DNA of 25,059 bases from a virus (lineage: Duplodnaviria; Caudoviricetes), in the IMG/VR virus record IMGVR_UViG_3300033076_000244, positions 1 through 25,059 of that record; one strand, written 5' to 3'. Under the pieces are notes generated by a model. The model was not told the origin of the DNA and did not search any database. It saw nothing but the letters and a program-made list of their open reading frames with translations. The position numbers were made by a program, and so were the translations under genes. Positions 1-7,508 of this stretch are shown one piece after another (within the stretch, counting starts at the first letter, position 1; every line of letters begins with the position of its first letter).

Positions 1-219
1 TCATTCTAGGTCCTTGAGTTCATCTTCCAATTCTTTAATTTTTTTCTTTTTGGTTTCGGTTTCTTGGATTAGGTTCAGTTCCCTGCGTAGTTGATGTAAG
101 CCCTCACCAACTTCGGCACCAGTGGGATAACGACTGTAAAACTCGCGTAGCCATGTTAGTGCTTCTGCTACACCCTTAGGGTCAGCGTCTTTGATGTGAA
201 AGGGATATTTAAAGTCCAT
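1..219 (-). CDS. Hypothetical protein (~72 aa) with C-terminal charged coiled coil
   Basis: ORF 1..279; ATG at 219 (MDFKYPF...) preferred because it overlaps the upstream stop (209-211) by only 11 nt; ends KKKKIKELEDELKDLE. Confidence 0.65.
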   Translation of the reverse strand: MDFKYPFHIKDADPKGVAEALTWLREFYSRYPTGAEVGEGLHQLRRELNLIQETETKKKKIKELEDELKDLE

Positions 220-817
220 GTTTTTTGTATGCCTTTGCCAATGCTTCAGGAGGGATAGAGTCATTGCGTCCCAAACCAAGTTTTCGTTTCAAGTCCTGAC
301 GGATTTGTGCTTTAGTCGCTTGCTTGGCTTTAGTTTCTTCTTTGTGCTGTTTACCACGCATGCCATGTGTTTCGCTTTCATAACTACCATTTGCACGACG
401 AGAAGCCGCAATCTTTGCGCCAACTTCTTTTGCTCGCTTCTTGCCTTTTGAAGCCGCACTTCTTGCACGACGACCTTCAGCGGCTCGTTCTGCACCGAGT
501 ATTTCCTCTAGAGTCTTGCCACGCATAGCATCACCAATGCGTTGCTTTTGTTCTTCGGTGATTGGATTTTCTGCATAACGCTGTCGTTGGCTTTCACTGG
601 CTCGTTCTTTTTGTTCTTTAGTCCAAGGATTATCTTGCCAACGCTGAACCATATGTTCTTGCATAAACTTACCGTGTTCGGGATTTTTGCGGCCACGAAT
701 TTTATCGGCTTGTTTGGCATTACCAATACCGCGCTTAATTTTATCATTGGTAGGCAATGCTTCCAGCACACTATCATCAAAGACTGCATCAAGTGCTCGA
801 GGTGTAATCTTAGACAT
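209..817 (-). CDS. NUMOD3-repeat basic DNA-binding protein, no obvious nuclease domain
   Basis: NUMOD3-like motifs HGMRGKQHKEETKAKQ, PITEEQKQRIGDAMRGKT, PWTKEQKERASESQ, KGKKRAKEVGAKIA; K/R-rich; starts 1 nt after the ATPase stop. Confidence 0.7.
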   Translation of the reverse strand: MSKITPRALDAVFDDSVLEALPTNDKIKRGIGNAKQADKIRGRKNPEHGKFMQEHMVQRWQDNPWTKEQKERASESQRQRYAENPITEEQKQRIGDAMRGKTLEEILGAERAAEGRRARSAASKGKKRAKEVGAKIAASRRANGSYESETHGMRGKQHKEETKAKQATKAQIRQDLKRKLGLGRNDSIPPEALAKAYKKHGL

Positions 818-818
818 G

Positions 819-1679
819 TTATGCTTTCTTCAAAAAAGTGTTTTCCCAAATGTCTTCGTAGTTGTCTGGATCATTGATCATGTATTCAGCCATCTCTTCA
901 ACTGTTCGGTAACTAGGGTTACGCATCTTTTCCCAACGGGTCCACATCCAATCACAGAGTTTGTGCTTTTGTTCTTTGGTAAGTTTGTAATCTTCAAAGG
1001 GCTGACTGTTAGCAAGAATGTGAGCCAACCAACCCCAACACACTTTCCATTCAAAATCCAGGCGTTTGTATTTTACACGATCCACAATGGCTTCAACTGC
1101 GCTGTAAACCTTCTTACCAAACTCTTTAGGATTCTCACAGTTACGGTTGCAAATAATGTAAAAGCGCACTTGGTCCATGGGAATGTGAATGCCCACACTT
1201 CCTGGAACAGTAAATGCATCAATGGCTTGAACCAAATCAGTGCGTCCTGCTTTTTCATATTGCTTACGAGCACTGGTCAAGTTTACATCCTGTGCATAAA
1301 ATGGTTCATCCTTGGCCATGGCGAATTTGAACTTGTTGGCAGTTTCATAGTCGCGAAACACAATGTCATCGGCATCATCTAGTAGCACAACAAGTTCTTC
1401 ATTGGGCTTAAGATTCATAACGCTGTATGCCAACTTCAGTGCAATAGCACTATCACTGGCACCTGCACCAAATTGAATGTAGTTTGTGCTGGCACCACGA
1501 ATCTCGTCCATAGTGCTGTAACTTTTACCAATGCCTGGAGGTCCAGAGATAATAGTGTGGCGTTTGCTTTGCACTTTGCTGGGAGTAATGCCTAGCATCA
1601 ATTTGATGTGGTCACGCAACATCTTGTCTTGGTTAGTGCCTTCGGCGATGTAGTTCTTTTGCGTTGTAGTGTAAGCCAT
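819..1679 (-). CDS. P-loop (AAA-like) ATPase
   Basis: Walker A IISGPPGIGKS, Walker B VVLLDDAD, sensor-like IICN, candidate Arg finger AIVDR; RBS AGGAG upstream. Confidence 0.85.
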   Translation of the reverse strand: MAYTTTQKNYIAEGTNQDKMLRDHIKLMLGITPSKVQSKRHTIISGPPGIGKSYSTMDEIRGASTNYIQFGAGASDSAIALKLAYSVMNLKPNEELVVLLDDADDIVFRDYETANKFKFAMAKDEPFYAQDVNLTSARKQYEKAGRTDLVQAIDAFTVPGSVGIHIPMDQVRFYIICNRNCENPKEFGKKVYSAVEAIVDRVKYKRLDFEWKVCWGWLAHILANSQPFEDYKLTKEQKHKLCDWMWTRWEKMRNPSYRTVEEMAEYMINDPDNYEDIWENTFLKKA

Positions 1680-1712
1680 TTAACGCTCCTGCGTTTTGTT
1701 TAACATGCATGT

Positions 1713-1741
1713 ATTATAGCGCACTTTTGAATTTACGCCAA
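1713..1741 (-). promoter_or_regulatory. Sigma70-type early promoter P1
   Basis: Minus strand TTGGCG-17 nt-TATAAT upstream of the ATPase RBS. Confidence 0.8.
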
Positions 1742-1747
1742 ATAAAA

Positions 1748-1766
1748 ACCCTAGTGCTAGTAGGGT
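1748..1766. promoter_or_regulatory. Inverted repeat ACCCTA-N7-TAGGGT (possible terminator for the upstream gene or operator)
   Basis: 6-bp stem followed on the minus strand by TTTTATTT; related element at 2052-2071. Confidence 0.5.
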
Positions 1767-1770
1767 CATT

Positions 1771-1788
1771 TGTTGTTTTTACGCAACA
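1771..1788. repeat. Palindromic motif TGTTG-N8-CAACA, copy 1
   Basis: TGTTGTTTTTACGCAACA; contains the TAA stop (1779-1781) of the 68-aa ORF. Confidence 0.8.
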
Positions 1789-1985
1789 TTGTCTAAGTAA
1801 CGCTGACCTGCTTGTGCGTTCAGCATATATTGACGCTGAAAGTTTTTGCAGATTTTGATGCGATGCTTGAGCACTTGTTTAACTTGCGGATCTGTAGTCT
1901 TTTTCAGCGTTGCCTCAAGTTCGGCAATGTTCTTCTTCTCGTCAGCGGCTGCTTTCAAGTTGTTAGCGATTTGGTCTGCTGTCAT
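1779..1985 (-). CDS. Hypothetical early protein (68 aa, helical)
   Basis: ATG with RBS AGGAG and its own promoter P2; ends NVA-stop inside the palindrome. Confidence 0.75.
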   Translation of the reverse strand: MTADQIANNLKAAADEKKNIAELEATLKKTTDPQVKQVLKHRIKICKNFQRQYMLNAQAGQRYLDNVA

Positions 1986-2015
1986 TTCAAACTCCTGTTG
2001 TGTTAAAGTAAGTGT

Positions 2016-2044
2016 ATTATAGCACGAAAGCGAATTTGTGCCAA
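2016..2044 (-). promoter_or_regulatory. Sigma70-type early promoter P2
   Basis: Minus strand TTGGCA-17 nt-TATAAT; surrounding sequence similar to P1. Confidence 0.8.
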
Positions 2045-2051
2045 TTTAATG

Positions 2052-2071
2052 ACCCTACACTTTGGTAGGGT
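2052..2071. promoter_or_regulatory. Inverted repeat ACCCTAC-N6-GTAGGGT
   Basis: 7-bp stem in the same position relative to the promoter as the 1748-1766 element. Confidence 0.5.
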
Positions 2072-2074
2072 ATT

Positions 2075-2092
2075 TGTTGTTTTTATGCAACA
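2075..2092. repeat. Palindromic motif TGTTG-N8-CAACA, copy 2
   Basis: TGTTGTTTTTATGCAACA (1 mismatch to copy 1); contains the TAA stop at 2083-2085. Confidence 0.8.
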
Positions 2093-2289
2093 GTAGTATA
2101 TTGTGCAATAAACTCTTTTGTGGGATAAATGCCACGATCAAAGTTCATCCAAGCGGTGTAAAGTGCCCAACCTGCAGGGCTGTCAATTTCACGCTGTTCT
2201 TGCAGTTCTGCCACTGTCAAGTTAAGCAAGTCTGCGAAGCGTTGCTCGTTAGCGGTAAACTGTGCAAGGCGTTGTTGTAGTGTGTTCAT
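2083..2289 (-). CDS. Hypothetical early protein (68 aa)
   Basis: ATG with RBS GAGG and its own promoter P3; ends TVA-stop inside the palindrome. Confidence 0.75.
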   Translation of the reverse strand: MNTLQQRLAQFTANEQRFADLLNLTVAELQEQREIDSPAGWALYTAWMNFDRGIYPTKEFIAQYTTVA

Positions 2290-2330
2290 AGTAACCTCTG
2301 TGTGTGTATAGCAATATCGCTACAGTTACT

Positions 2331-2359
2331 ATTATAGGACCAATTGGTCCTAGTGTCAA
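2331..2359 (-). promoter_or_regulatory. Consensus sigma70 promoter P3 with palindromic spacer
   Basis: Perfect TTGACA-17 nt-TATAAT; 18-bp perfect palindrome TAGGACCAATTGGTCCTA at 2335-2352. Confidence 0.9.
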
Positions 2360-2369
2360 TACCAAAAAG

Positions 2370-2387
2370 TGTTGTATTTTCACAACG
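2370..2387. repeat. Palindromic motif TGTTG-N8-CAAC(G), copy 3
   Basis: TGTTGTATTTTCACAACG. Confidence 0.7.
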
Positions 2388-2392
2388 ATAAT

Positions 2393-2439
2393 ATACGAAA
2401 GTATAGGTAACACAAAAGTATTACCCTATACTTTCGTAT
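2393..2439. repeat. 15-bp perfect inverted repeat (hairpin, terminator or cruciform)
   Basis: ATACGAAAGTATAGG (2393-2407) and CCTATACTTTCGTAT (2425-2439), directly after the stop of the upstream gene. Confidence 0.75.
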
Positions 2440-2753
2440 TAGTTGTGCGTTTCTTCCCAATGCTCAACATACCAACCGCGTTCTTCAGCAAGTGCCAGCA
2501 AAGGCGTGCCCTCGCCATGCTCATCGCTAGTGCGCCATTGTGCCTTAGTCATTAAGTTAGTGTCCGCAAACATATAGCGTGCCGCATCTCGCTTGGTCAT
2601 AGGCTCTGGTAGGTCAACCATGACCAAACCTTCGTGACCAAACTTGACCAAGTGTTTTTGTCGGTCTGCGTAGTTTGCAAAGCGCAGGCGCCATTCGCCG
2701 TTGTTCATGCTCCAACCAGCGTATTGAAAAGTTTTATGTGTGTGTTTCATCAT
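2439..2753 (-). CDS. Hypothetical early phage protein (~104 aa)
   Basis: ORF 2439..2798; start at ATG 2753 or 2750 preferred (RBS AAGGA just upstream); motifs WRLRFAN and GH...VDLPEPMTK recalled from uncharacterised phage proteins. Confidence 0.7.
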   Translation of the reverse strand: MMKHTHKTFQYAGWSMNNGEWRLRFANYADRQKHLVKFGHEGLVMVDLPEPMTKRDAARYMFADTNLMTKAQWRTSDEHGEGTPLLALAEERGWYVEHWEETHN

Positions 2754-2804
2754 TGTCCTTTGTAAGATGAGTATGGACCCTGCGTTTGCTTGGTCCATGT
2801 ATCA

Positions 2805-2834
2805 ATTATAGCACGGATCACCATTTATGGACAA
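2805..2834 (-). promoter_or_regulatory. Sigma70-type early promoter P4
   Basis: Minus strand TTGTCC-18 nt-TATAAT; shares GCTATAAT with P1 and P2. Confidence 0.65.
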
Positions 2835-2875
2835 TTTTGGTTGAATAACCCGCCAAAGTGAAGGGAATTACTGTT

Positions 2876-2893
2876 TGTTGTAAAAATACAACA
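2876..2893. repeat. Palindromic motif TGTTG-N8-CAACA, copy 4
   Basis: TGTTGTAAAAATACAACA; central A/T tract is inverted relative to copies 1-3. Confidence 0.8.
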
Positions 2894-2916
2894 CTTTAAT
2901 TAATTTTAATTGACAT

Positions 2917-2954
2917 AAAAGAAAAACCCCCGGGAAAATGCCCTAACCCGGGGG
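2917..2954 (-). terminator. Intrinsic terminator closing the late operon
   Basis: CCCCCGGG/CCCGGGGG 8-bp GC stem with 12-nt loop, followed by TTTTTCTTTT on the minus strand. Confidence 0.85.
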
Positions 2955-3005
2955 ATTTCGTCTACGAGGATATACTACATAATGGCCGTAATGTAGCAAA
3001 TGTAT

Positions 3006-3521
3006 TTATGAGTATTCGCCTTGTGGCATGTTCAAACGAGGTGTGCCTAATGTTGCAGTTATATCAATGTTATAAGTTGATTGCAGTTTATCATAGTAGC
3101 CCATGGTATAAAGTCGTTCTTCTATAGTTTGTTCAACGGCACAAGTCCTGGTCCACAAAAGTGTGCGACGATGCCTTAATCTAGCAGGTCTACCTGGTGT
3201 CGCCCAACATCGTTGAAAAGGCAATGGATCAGCCCATGCTAGAAATTCTTGCAGTTGTTCATCAGGCACATAATACACTGACCACCAACCATTTAACTTT
3301 TTATCTTTGTAAAATATTTGGTCTTCAATAACAGGACACTCCCATGGTAGTGCGTTGAATACTGCATAATTGTAATTGTCTGGTTCAGGTAAACTGAAAT
3401 CAGTCATACCAGTTAAACTTCTAGTCCACCCAATATGTTTAGCAATAGCAATCCTAGGATCGGTAATAGTAGTGCCTCGCGGCACTACCCACTTTTGGTC
3501 TCTTCCCATATTGTTAATCAA
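3006..3521 (-). CDS. Hypothetical protein (Trp/Pro/Tyr-rich, ~170 aa)
   Basis: Long ORF abutting the upstream gene; start either TTG 3521 or ATG 3509; no recognisable motif. Confidence 0.7.
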   Translation of the reverse strand: MINNMGRDQKWVVPRGTTITDPRIAIAKHIGWTRSLTGMTDFSLPEPDNYNYAVFNALPWECPVIEDQIFYKDKKLNGWWSVYYVPDEQLQEFLAWADPLPFQRCWATPGRPARLRHRRTLLWTRTCAVEQTIEERLYTMGYYDKLQSTYNIDITATLGTPRLNMPQGEYS

Positions 3522-3790
3522 TGAGTTAAAATATATCCTAATAATGCTACTACGGCAACAGTGATGCTTCCAAAAGTAGCAATTAATTGAATTGTCCTAG
3601 CATTGCTTTGTTTTTCTAATAGCAGTTTGATTTCACTGAAGCCAGTTTGCATCTGCGTTTTTAGTGCTGATATGTCTGCTTCAACCTTGTTTAATCTTGC
3701 TTCAACAATTTCAATCTTGTCTTGTATACCTTGATATCTAATCGCGCATATTTCTACATGCGCGGCTAAATTCGTTTCTTCTTGACTCAC
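3518..3790 (-). CDS. Coiled-coil plus C-terminal transmembrane protein (XhlA-like or holin-like)
   Basis: N-terminal NLAAHVEICAIRY, heptad region, hydrophobic LIATFGSITVAVVALLGYIL; located after the fibre genes. Confidence 0.6.
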   Translation of the reverse strand: MSQEETNLAAHVEICAIRYQGIQDKIEIVEARLNKVEADISALKTQMQTGFSEIKLLLEKQSNARTIQLIATFGSITVAVVALLGYILTH

Positions 3791-3792
3791 TT

Positions 3793-6700
3793 TTATGCTC
3801 CTATTGGTGTAACTGTTGTAATAATTGCCGCTGTGCTTGGACCAAATGCTGTGCTAGCATAGAATGGGAATGTTATGTGTGCGGCATCATCAACTGCATA
3901 AGCAAGTTCAAAGTAATCAGTGGCGTTACTTGGATCAATCATGTAGTTCCATGAACTGATTGTTGCTCCGCCTTTTGGCACAGTAACACGACCCATTGAT
4001 CCAGCAACATCTGTGCCATTCTTACGCATCCAAATATAAGCAGTATGTTCACTGCCATTGTCGCTGTTGGCAACTTGAACTGAGAACTGCATATTATACA
4101 TACCTGCGGCACCTGGAATCAAACGACTTGTGCTGCCAACTGTGACAATGTTGCCAAAGTCTTGCGTGCCTAATGGGAACACATAAGCAGTATTACTAGC
4201 CGCTGGAGTTACAGTGGTATCATATTGGAACTGACCATAAACACGGTTGTAAGTGATTTTATTGCCAACTAAGTTTACATTGCTACTGTCTTTCAATGCT
4301 AAAGTATCAGTAAAAATTGTTCCACTTTCAGGACTTAGTGACAATACATTAATACCACCACCTGTGCCGCTCTTATTTGCACTTAGGTTAATCCTAGTGC
4401 CCCAATGTGTGCTGTCCCAATTTTCACTGGCTTGAACTTGAATTTGTCCGGCTAACTTTTGACTAGTGTTTGTAGTTGAATTATCAGCACTGAATTGGAA
4501 TGCACCAATACCCCAGTTTGTCTGTGGAGGATCATAGGTTGCTGTGCCGCTACTTGCTTTCCAACGACTGCTCATTTCAAATGCTGTGCCGGTGTTAGTC
4601 AATGTTCCTGAACTGGCTAGACCAGTGTATTTGAAACCTGGCGTATAAACGCTTTGCCAAGTGCTACCCATATTTACAATGTTAACATCACCAACATCTA
4701 ATAAACTTTCACCGGTTGTGGCGCTCATTGATAATCTACTACCACCAGTGCCTGTGGCTTTATTAATAAACAATTGATTACTGGTTATAGAACTTTGTGT
4801 AGAACTTAGGTCTAGTTTTGTAGTTAAATTGCTAGTCCCAGTATCTACAGTTCTAACAGTAAACCTTGTGCCAGCATTACTGGTTGTAAAATCTTCAGTT
4901 GCTGTAAAAGCCGCTATACCTCCAGTTCTAGTAGTAGTTGTGCCGACTTGACCTGTTTGTCCTGTGGCTGAAAGAACAAAAAGATCATCATTATTTTTCA
5001 ATGGTGCTCTACGACCTGATACTACACTCTTTCTACTAGTATTAACGACTATACTACTACCGCGACCAACTTGTCCATAATCATCTGGACCAGCAACCAT
5101 AGCAACAGGACTGCCACTTGAACCTAATGTAGTTCCTGCTGTTTGGAATGTTGAAGCAATTGAGTATGTTCCAATGCCACCGCCTGCGTAAAAATTAATA
5201 GCAGTTGCAGCCAATGGTGCCGTTAAATTGTTGCTTAGTGTAATTGTTGTTCCGCTTACAGTGATAACAAATGTATTGCTTGGAACACCTGTGGCTACAA
5301 CAAATTGACCCACAGCAATGCCTGTAGCACTGGCCACAGTAATAGTTGGTGTGCCACTTGAGCCTGTGGCAGTTGTTGTAGCCAACGCGGCACTGGTTGC
5401 TGTAAGTTGACCTTGAATAAAATATGGAGTAGTATTGCTCAATGCTGTGGCACGAATTAACTGGCCACCACCTGCGGCACCAGCGTTGGTAGTGCCATAC
5501 AACACACCAGAACTTACTGCTGTAACTGTTAAAATGTTACCTGCGGAGCCTGCGCCGTTATCAATATAACCTGTAAAACTGCAAGTGTCTTGAGTAGGCA
5601 CGCCTTGCATAATCAAGTTCAAACTTGGAATTTGGAATGTGCCGCCGCCTCGGGCTTTATAAACCACTGTGCCTGCTGAGTTAACATAGGTAGCATCAGC
5701 ACTTTCTAAGTTACCATTAATCCAGTTTAAACTGGCGTTAGTTGGAACTGCTACGGTGTTAACTGTAGTTGTGCCAGGTGCTACTTGTGCTGTAACACCA
5801 ATTGTTTGTCTACTTGCTAAACTAAACTTGTTACCTTGAGGACTAATAAGAGTAGCAAGTCTACCACCACCTGCTGTAGTGCCAACACCTGTAATAGTTG
5901 TTGATGCCACTGTTTGGCTAAAACTTACTGTATAAGTGCCAGTGCCACCAAATGTGTTTGTGCCATATGCTGAAATAGTTGTGCCGTTGGCAACGCCTGT
6001 GCCTGTTAATAATTGTCCAACATGAACAGCACCGCTGGTTACCCCTGTAACTGTTAATGTAGTGCCTGAAATACTGCCTGTGAATACACTAGTTTCAAAT
6101 GTGGCTGTTTCTGCGTTTTGACCAACAATACCCACTGGAAAACCTAAACCGTTTTCACTGCTCCAACGACTGCCATCATAATAACCAAATCCGTTGGCAC
6201 CAACTGTTGAGTTTGCCACATTAACTGCTAATGGACTTGCCGGCGTGCCACGACTAGATTCTTGTTGAATATTGGCGTTACCAATTGTAGAACTTGTGGC
6301 CAAGTTACCGTTGTTTTGACCATATTCACGAACAACAATTTGCCCTCTTCGGTTAGCAGTTGAGTTATCAAAGAAACCAGCGGTAGGAATTTGTGTTGCG
6401 TTAATAGTTTGAAATCCAACTAAAACATCACCGTTGGCATCAACTGCTTTACCGCCACCTGTGATTGTTCGTGCGGTAGATTGACCTTGTTGAGCAGTAA
6501 TGTTTTTACTGACTACAACCGCACCAGTGCCGTTAGGTGCTAGTGTAATGTCGCCGTTGGTGTTGGTGCTACTAACAGTATTGCCACTGATATTGATGTT
6601 ATCTACATTCAACTGGCTACTAACTGTAATAATACCAGTAGTATCAGCAATAGTTGCTGCCGCTGTGCCGTCTTTGGCTTTGATGTTTGTTACTTCTAAG

Positions 6701-7491
6701 TTTGTAGTATCAACAGTAGCAATGCTGATATCATCTGCTACTAGGCTGTTGTTAATTGTAGTTGTGCCTGTGTTAGCACCAATACTAACTGTAGTTGCGG
6801 CACCTGCAAAGTTTACAGTTGTAGCAGTTGTATTGACCACATTGGTAGTTGCAGTTTCTGTAATAATGTCACCACCACCAACAGTTAAGTCACCAGGTGT
6901 TCTTACATCGGCACCAGTTAGTTGCAATGCTAAATTGCTTGAACTATAAATGTAACCGTTACCGCCAATAGTTAAATCACCGCCATTAACTCTCAAATCA
7001 CCAGGAAGACTTGTATTACCACTGGCATCTAATAGAGTTGCACTATTGATTACTGTGCCACCACTGTATTGGCGAACATAGATAGGTTCAGTGCCATCAT
7101 CACCGGTGGCAATTTCTGCGTAACCTGAGTTGGTGCCAGTAGCACCACCACCATACTTCCAATAATCATTAGTGCCTACTGTGCCAGTAACACCACGATT
7201 TGTTGTAGTTGAGTTATCACTGAATGCGATGTTACCACTTACTTGGCTGTTTACTGTTACAGTATCACCCGTGCTACTACCAATGGTAAGTGCATTGTTA
7301 ATTAAAGTGTCGCCGTTGATGTTTACAGTATCAGCAGGAGCATTACCTAATGTAGTGGCTCCTCTAATATCTAAGTTTTGAAGAGCAGTAATGCTACCGT
7401 TAGTGTTGATATCACCTGTAGTTCCATCTACTGTTGCGGCTGTATCGCCAACCGCTAAGCCAAACTTGACTTTGAATTTTTCGTTACTCAT
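3793..7491 (-). CDS. Tail fibre / receptor-binding protein (1232 aa)
   Basis: G/T/S/A-rich beta modules ([13 protein letters not shown]; [13 protein letters not shown]); C-terminal C1q/TNF-like signature [11 protein letters not shown]...IWMRKNG...DYFEL. Confidence 0.8.
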   Translation of the reverse strand: MSNEKFKVKFGLAVGDTAATVDGTTGDINTNGSITALQNLDIRGATTLGNAPADTVNINGDTLINNALTIGSSTGDTVTVNSQVSGNIAFSDNSTTTNRGVTGTVGTNDYWKYGGGATGTNSGYAEIATGDDGTEPIYVRQYSGGTVINSATLLDASGNTSLPGDLRVNGGDLTIGGNGYIYSSSNLALQLTGADVRTPGDLTVGGGDIITETATTNVVNTTATTVNFAGAATTVSIGANTGTTTINNSLVADDISIATVDTTNLEVTNIKAKDGTAAATIADTTGIITVSSQLNVDNINISGNTVSSTNTNGDITLAPNGTGAVVVSKNITAQQGQSTARTITGGGKAVDANGDVLVGFQTINATQIPTAGFFDNSTANRRGQIVVREYGQNNGNLATSSTIGNANIQQESSRGTPASPLAVNVANSTVGANGFGYYDGSRWSSENGLGFPVGIVGQNAETATFETSVFTGSISGTTLTVTGVTSGAVHVGQLLTGTGVANGTTISAYGTNTFGGTGTYTVSFSQTVASTTITGVGTTAGGGRLATLISPQGNKFSLASRQTIGVTAQVAPGTTTVNTVAVPTNASLNWINGNLESADATYVNSAGTVVYKARGGGTFQIPSLNLIMQGVPTQDTCSFTGYIDNGAGSAGNILTVTAVSSGVLYGTTNAGAAGGGQLIRATALSNTTPYFIQGQLTATSAALATTTATGSSGTPTITVASATGIAVGQFVVATGVPSNTFVITVSGTTITLSNNLTAPLAATAINFYAGGGIGTYSIASTFQTAGTTLGSSGSPVAMVAGPDDYGQVGRGSSIVVNTSRKSVVSGRRAPLKNNDDLFVLSATGQTGQVGTTTTRTGGIAAFTATEDFTTSNAGTRFTVRTVDTGTSNLTTKLDLSSTQSSITSNQLFINKATGTGGSRLSMSATTGESLLDVGDVNIVNMGSTWQSVYTPGFKYTGLASSGTLTNTGTAFEMSSRWKASSGTATYDPPQTNWGIGAFQFSADNSTTNTSQKLAGQIQVQASENWDSTHWGTRINLSANKSGTGGGINVLSLSPESGTIFTDTLALKDSSNVNLVGNKITYNRVYGQFQYDTTVTPAASNTAYVFPLGTQDFGNIVTVGSTSRLIPGAAGMYNMQFSVQVANSDNGSEHTAYIWMRKNGTDVAGSMGRVTVPKGGATISSWNYMIDPSNATDYFELAYAVDDAAHITFPFYASTAFGPSTAAIITTVTPIGA

Positions 7492-7508
7492 AGTTCACAC
7501 AATCCCTA

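Noticed and set aside
218-1382. Plus-strand ORFs 218..451, 542..877 and 687..1382
   Set aside because: Antisense shadows of well-supported minus-strand genes; no RBS or motif
1771-1788. Motif as an SOS box or PpsR/CrtJ site
   Set aside because: It does not match CTGT-N8-ACAG; the fit to TGT-N12-ACA is too degenerate to assign without host information
2754-2798. N-terminal extension of ORF 2439..2798 from ATG 2798
   Set aside because: A good RBS precedes ATG 2753/2750 and the extension forms a hairpin; a leaderless start from P4 cannot be fully excluded
1771-2893. Repeated palindromes as a CRISPR array or true integron attC array
   Set aside because: Spacers are gene-sized and irregular, repeats are only 18 bp, there is no attC R/L box architecture, and no cas or integrase gene is present
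2910-2996. Plus-strand TTGACA promoter and mini-ORF MAVM
   Set aside because: No credible -10 at 17 nt; the region is explained by the minus-strand terminator
3793-4250. Diversity-generating retroelement target at the fibre tip
   Set aside because: No template-repeat copy or reverse transcriptase seen in the window
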